A program made the position numbers and the translations under genes. From positions 1-64,000 of IMG/VR virus record IMGVR_UViG_3300025010_000004: a stretch of DNA of 64,000 bases. The stretch is one strand, 5' to 3'. This document shows, piece after piece, positions 63,410 to 64,000 of the stretch (positions within the stretch are counted from its first letter, which is position 1; each line of letters begins with the position of its first letter). Origin of the DNA: a virus. Under the pieces are notes generated by a model. The model was given only the letters and a program-made list of their open reading frames with translations, was not told the DNA's origin and searched no databases.

Positions 63410-64000
63410 TTATCCGATCACAACAGCACAGGCGTCCACCGGTACTTCTATTGCTTTTGCAGGCGCAGCACATTTCTTCGATGCAGCGTAAACTTCGTTG
63501 TATTCTTTGACTGCATCTGCGAGCTTCTTGAAAGTGGCCGCAGGAACACGCATGACGTTGTTGTCCGAGCGGTTATCGGTTCCTCGCAGATATAGTTCGT
63601 TATGACCTATGCTGTAAAACGCTGGAGATGTATCGCTCAAAAGCTTGAACCCATTCGAGGCCACAAAATAGTTTGCATTTTCAGAAAAATCTTTTCGAAT
63701 GTGCGTCTGCTCAAGAACCTGAACATCCACAAACTGAAAGTCGGGGCCAACCGGAGTGCCGGAGATCTTGATGTGGCGCGGGTCGAAGGAGAAGAAGGCG
63801 TTGTAGGCTTCGACGGCAGCTTTGATCTTGACGTATGTAGCAACTGGTACGGCTATGGTTCGGTGGTCCAGATCGCGCCGAGTTCCACGTACATACAGAA
63901 GACCCCCATAGAGAGCCAAAGCCCCTTGACTACTAAGAGTGAACCCATCGTGCTTGAATTCCTCACCACAAGTACCGAATTCAGCTCCCCTGTGGCTCTG
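63410..64000 (-). CDS. EQTH-family paralogue 13: at least two tandem domains plus VDACAVVIG tail; 5' end outside the window
   Basis: Frame open to 64000: QSH..EFG...YVRG...IKAAVEAYNAFF, then RHIKI...VLEQTH...YLRG...AVKEYN...VDACAVVIG*. Confidence 0.8.
   Translation of the reverse strand, partial: QSHRGAEFGTCGEEFKHDGFTLSSQGALALYGGLLYVRGTRRDLDHRTIAVPVATYVKIKAAVEAYNAFFSFDPRHIKISGTPVGPDFQFVDVQVLEQTHIRKDFSENANYFVASNGFKLLSDTSPAFYSIGHNELYLRGTDNRSDNNVMRVPAATFKKLADAVKEYNEVYAASKKCAAPAKAIEVPVDACAVVIG

Noticed and set aside
14632-64000. Stop-codon reassignment or introns/inteins in nrdD, polA, dnaB
   Set aside because: Genes are full length in code 11, all three stops are used, and no intervening sequences are evident.

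Overview
This is 64 kb of a tailed dsDNA phage genome. Positions 1-14.6 kb (+ strand) are the end of the late module: tail tip/fibre genes, a GIY-YIG endonuclease, an M15 endolysin, a GC-rich insert encoding signal-peptide proteins, a lipase and a holin. A bidirectional terminator follows. Positions 14.6-62 kb (- strand) carry nucleotide metabolism (nrdDG, dut, ThyX-like), a T5-like replication/recombination set (Pol A, primase, DnaB, SF2 helicase, SSB, SbcCD, flap endonuclease, RuvC, ligase) and a tRNA-Ser. They also carry an accessory region with an NAD+-rebuilding pair (NARP1-like), RtcB, GluRS and an HD-GYP-like protein. Class III RNR suggests an anaerobic host; a deltaproteobacterial host is only a guess. 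Three things stand out. (1) An uncharacterised 'KHIK..EQTH..AV.xYN' protein family is expanded to 13 genes (at least 14 domains), four of which end in a conserved D-x-C-x-V-[IV]-[IV]-G tail. (2) A 16-bp palindrome GTAGAAC-WW-GTTCTAC occurs at 13 gene junctions. (3) There are two copies of a promoter-driven, antisense, covarying structured non-coding element (sRNA or R-loop origin). All calls come from reading the sequence and recalling motifs; no searches were run.
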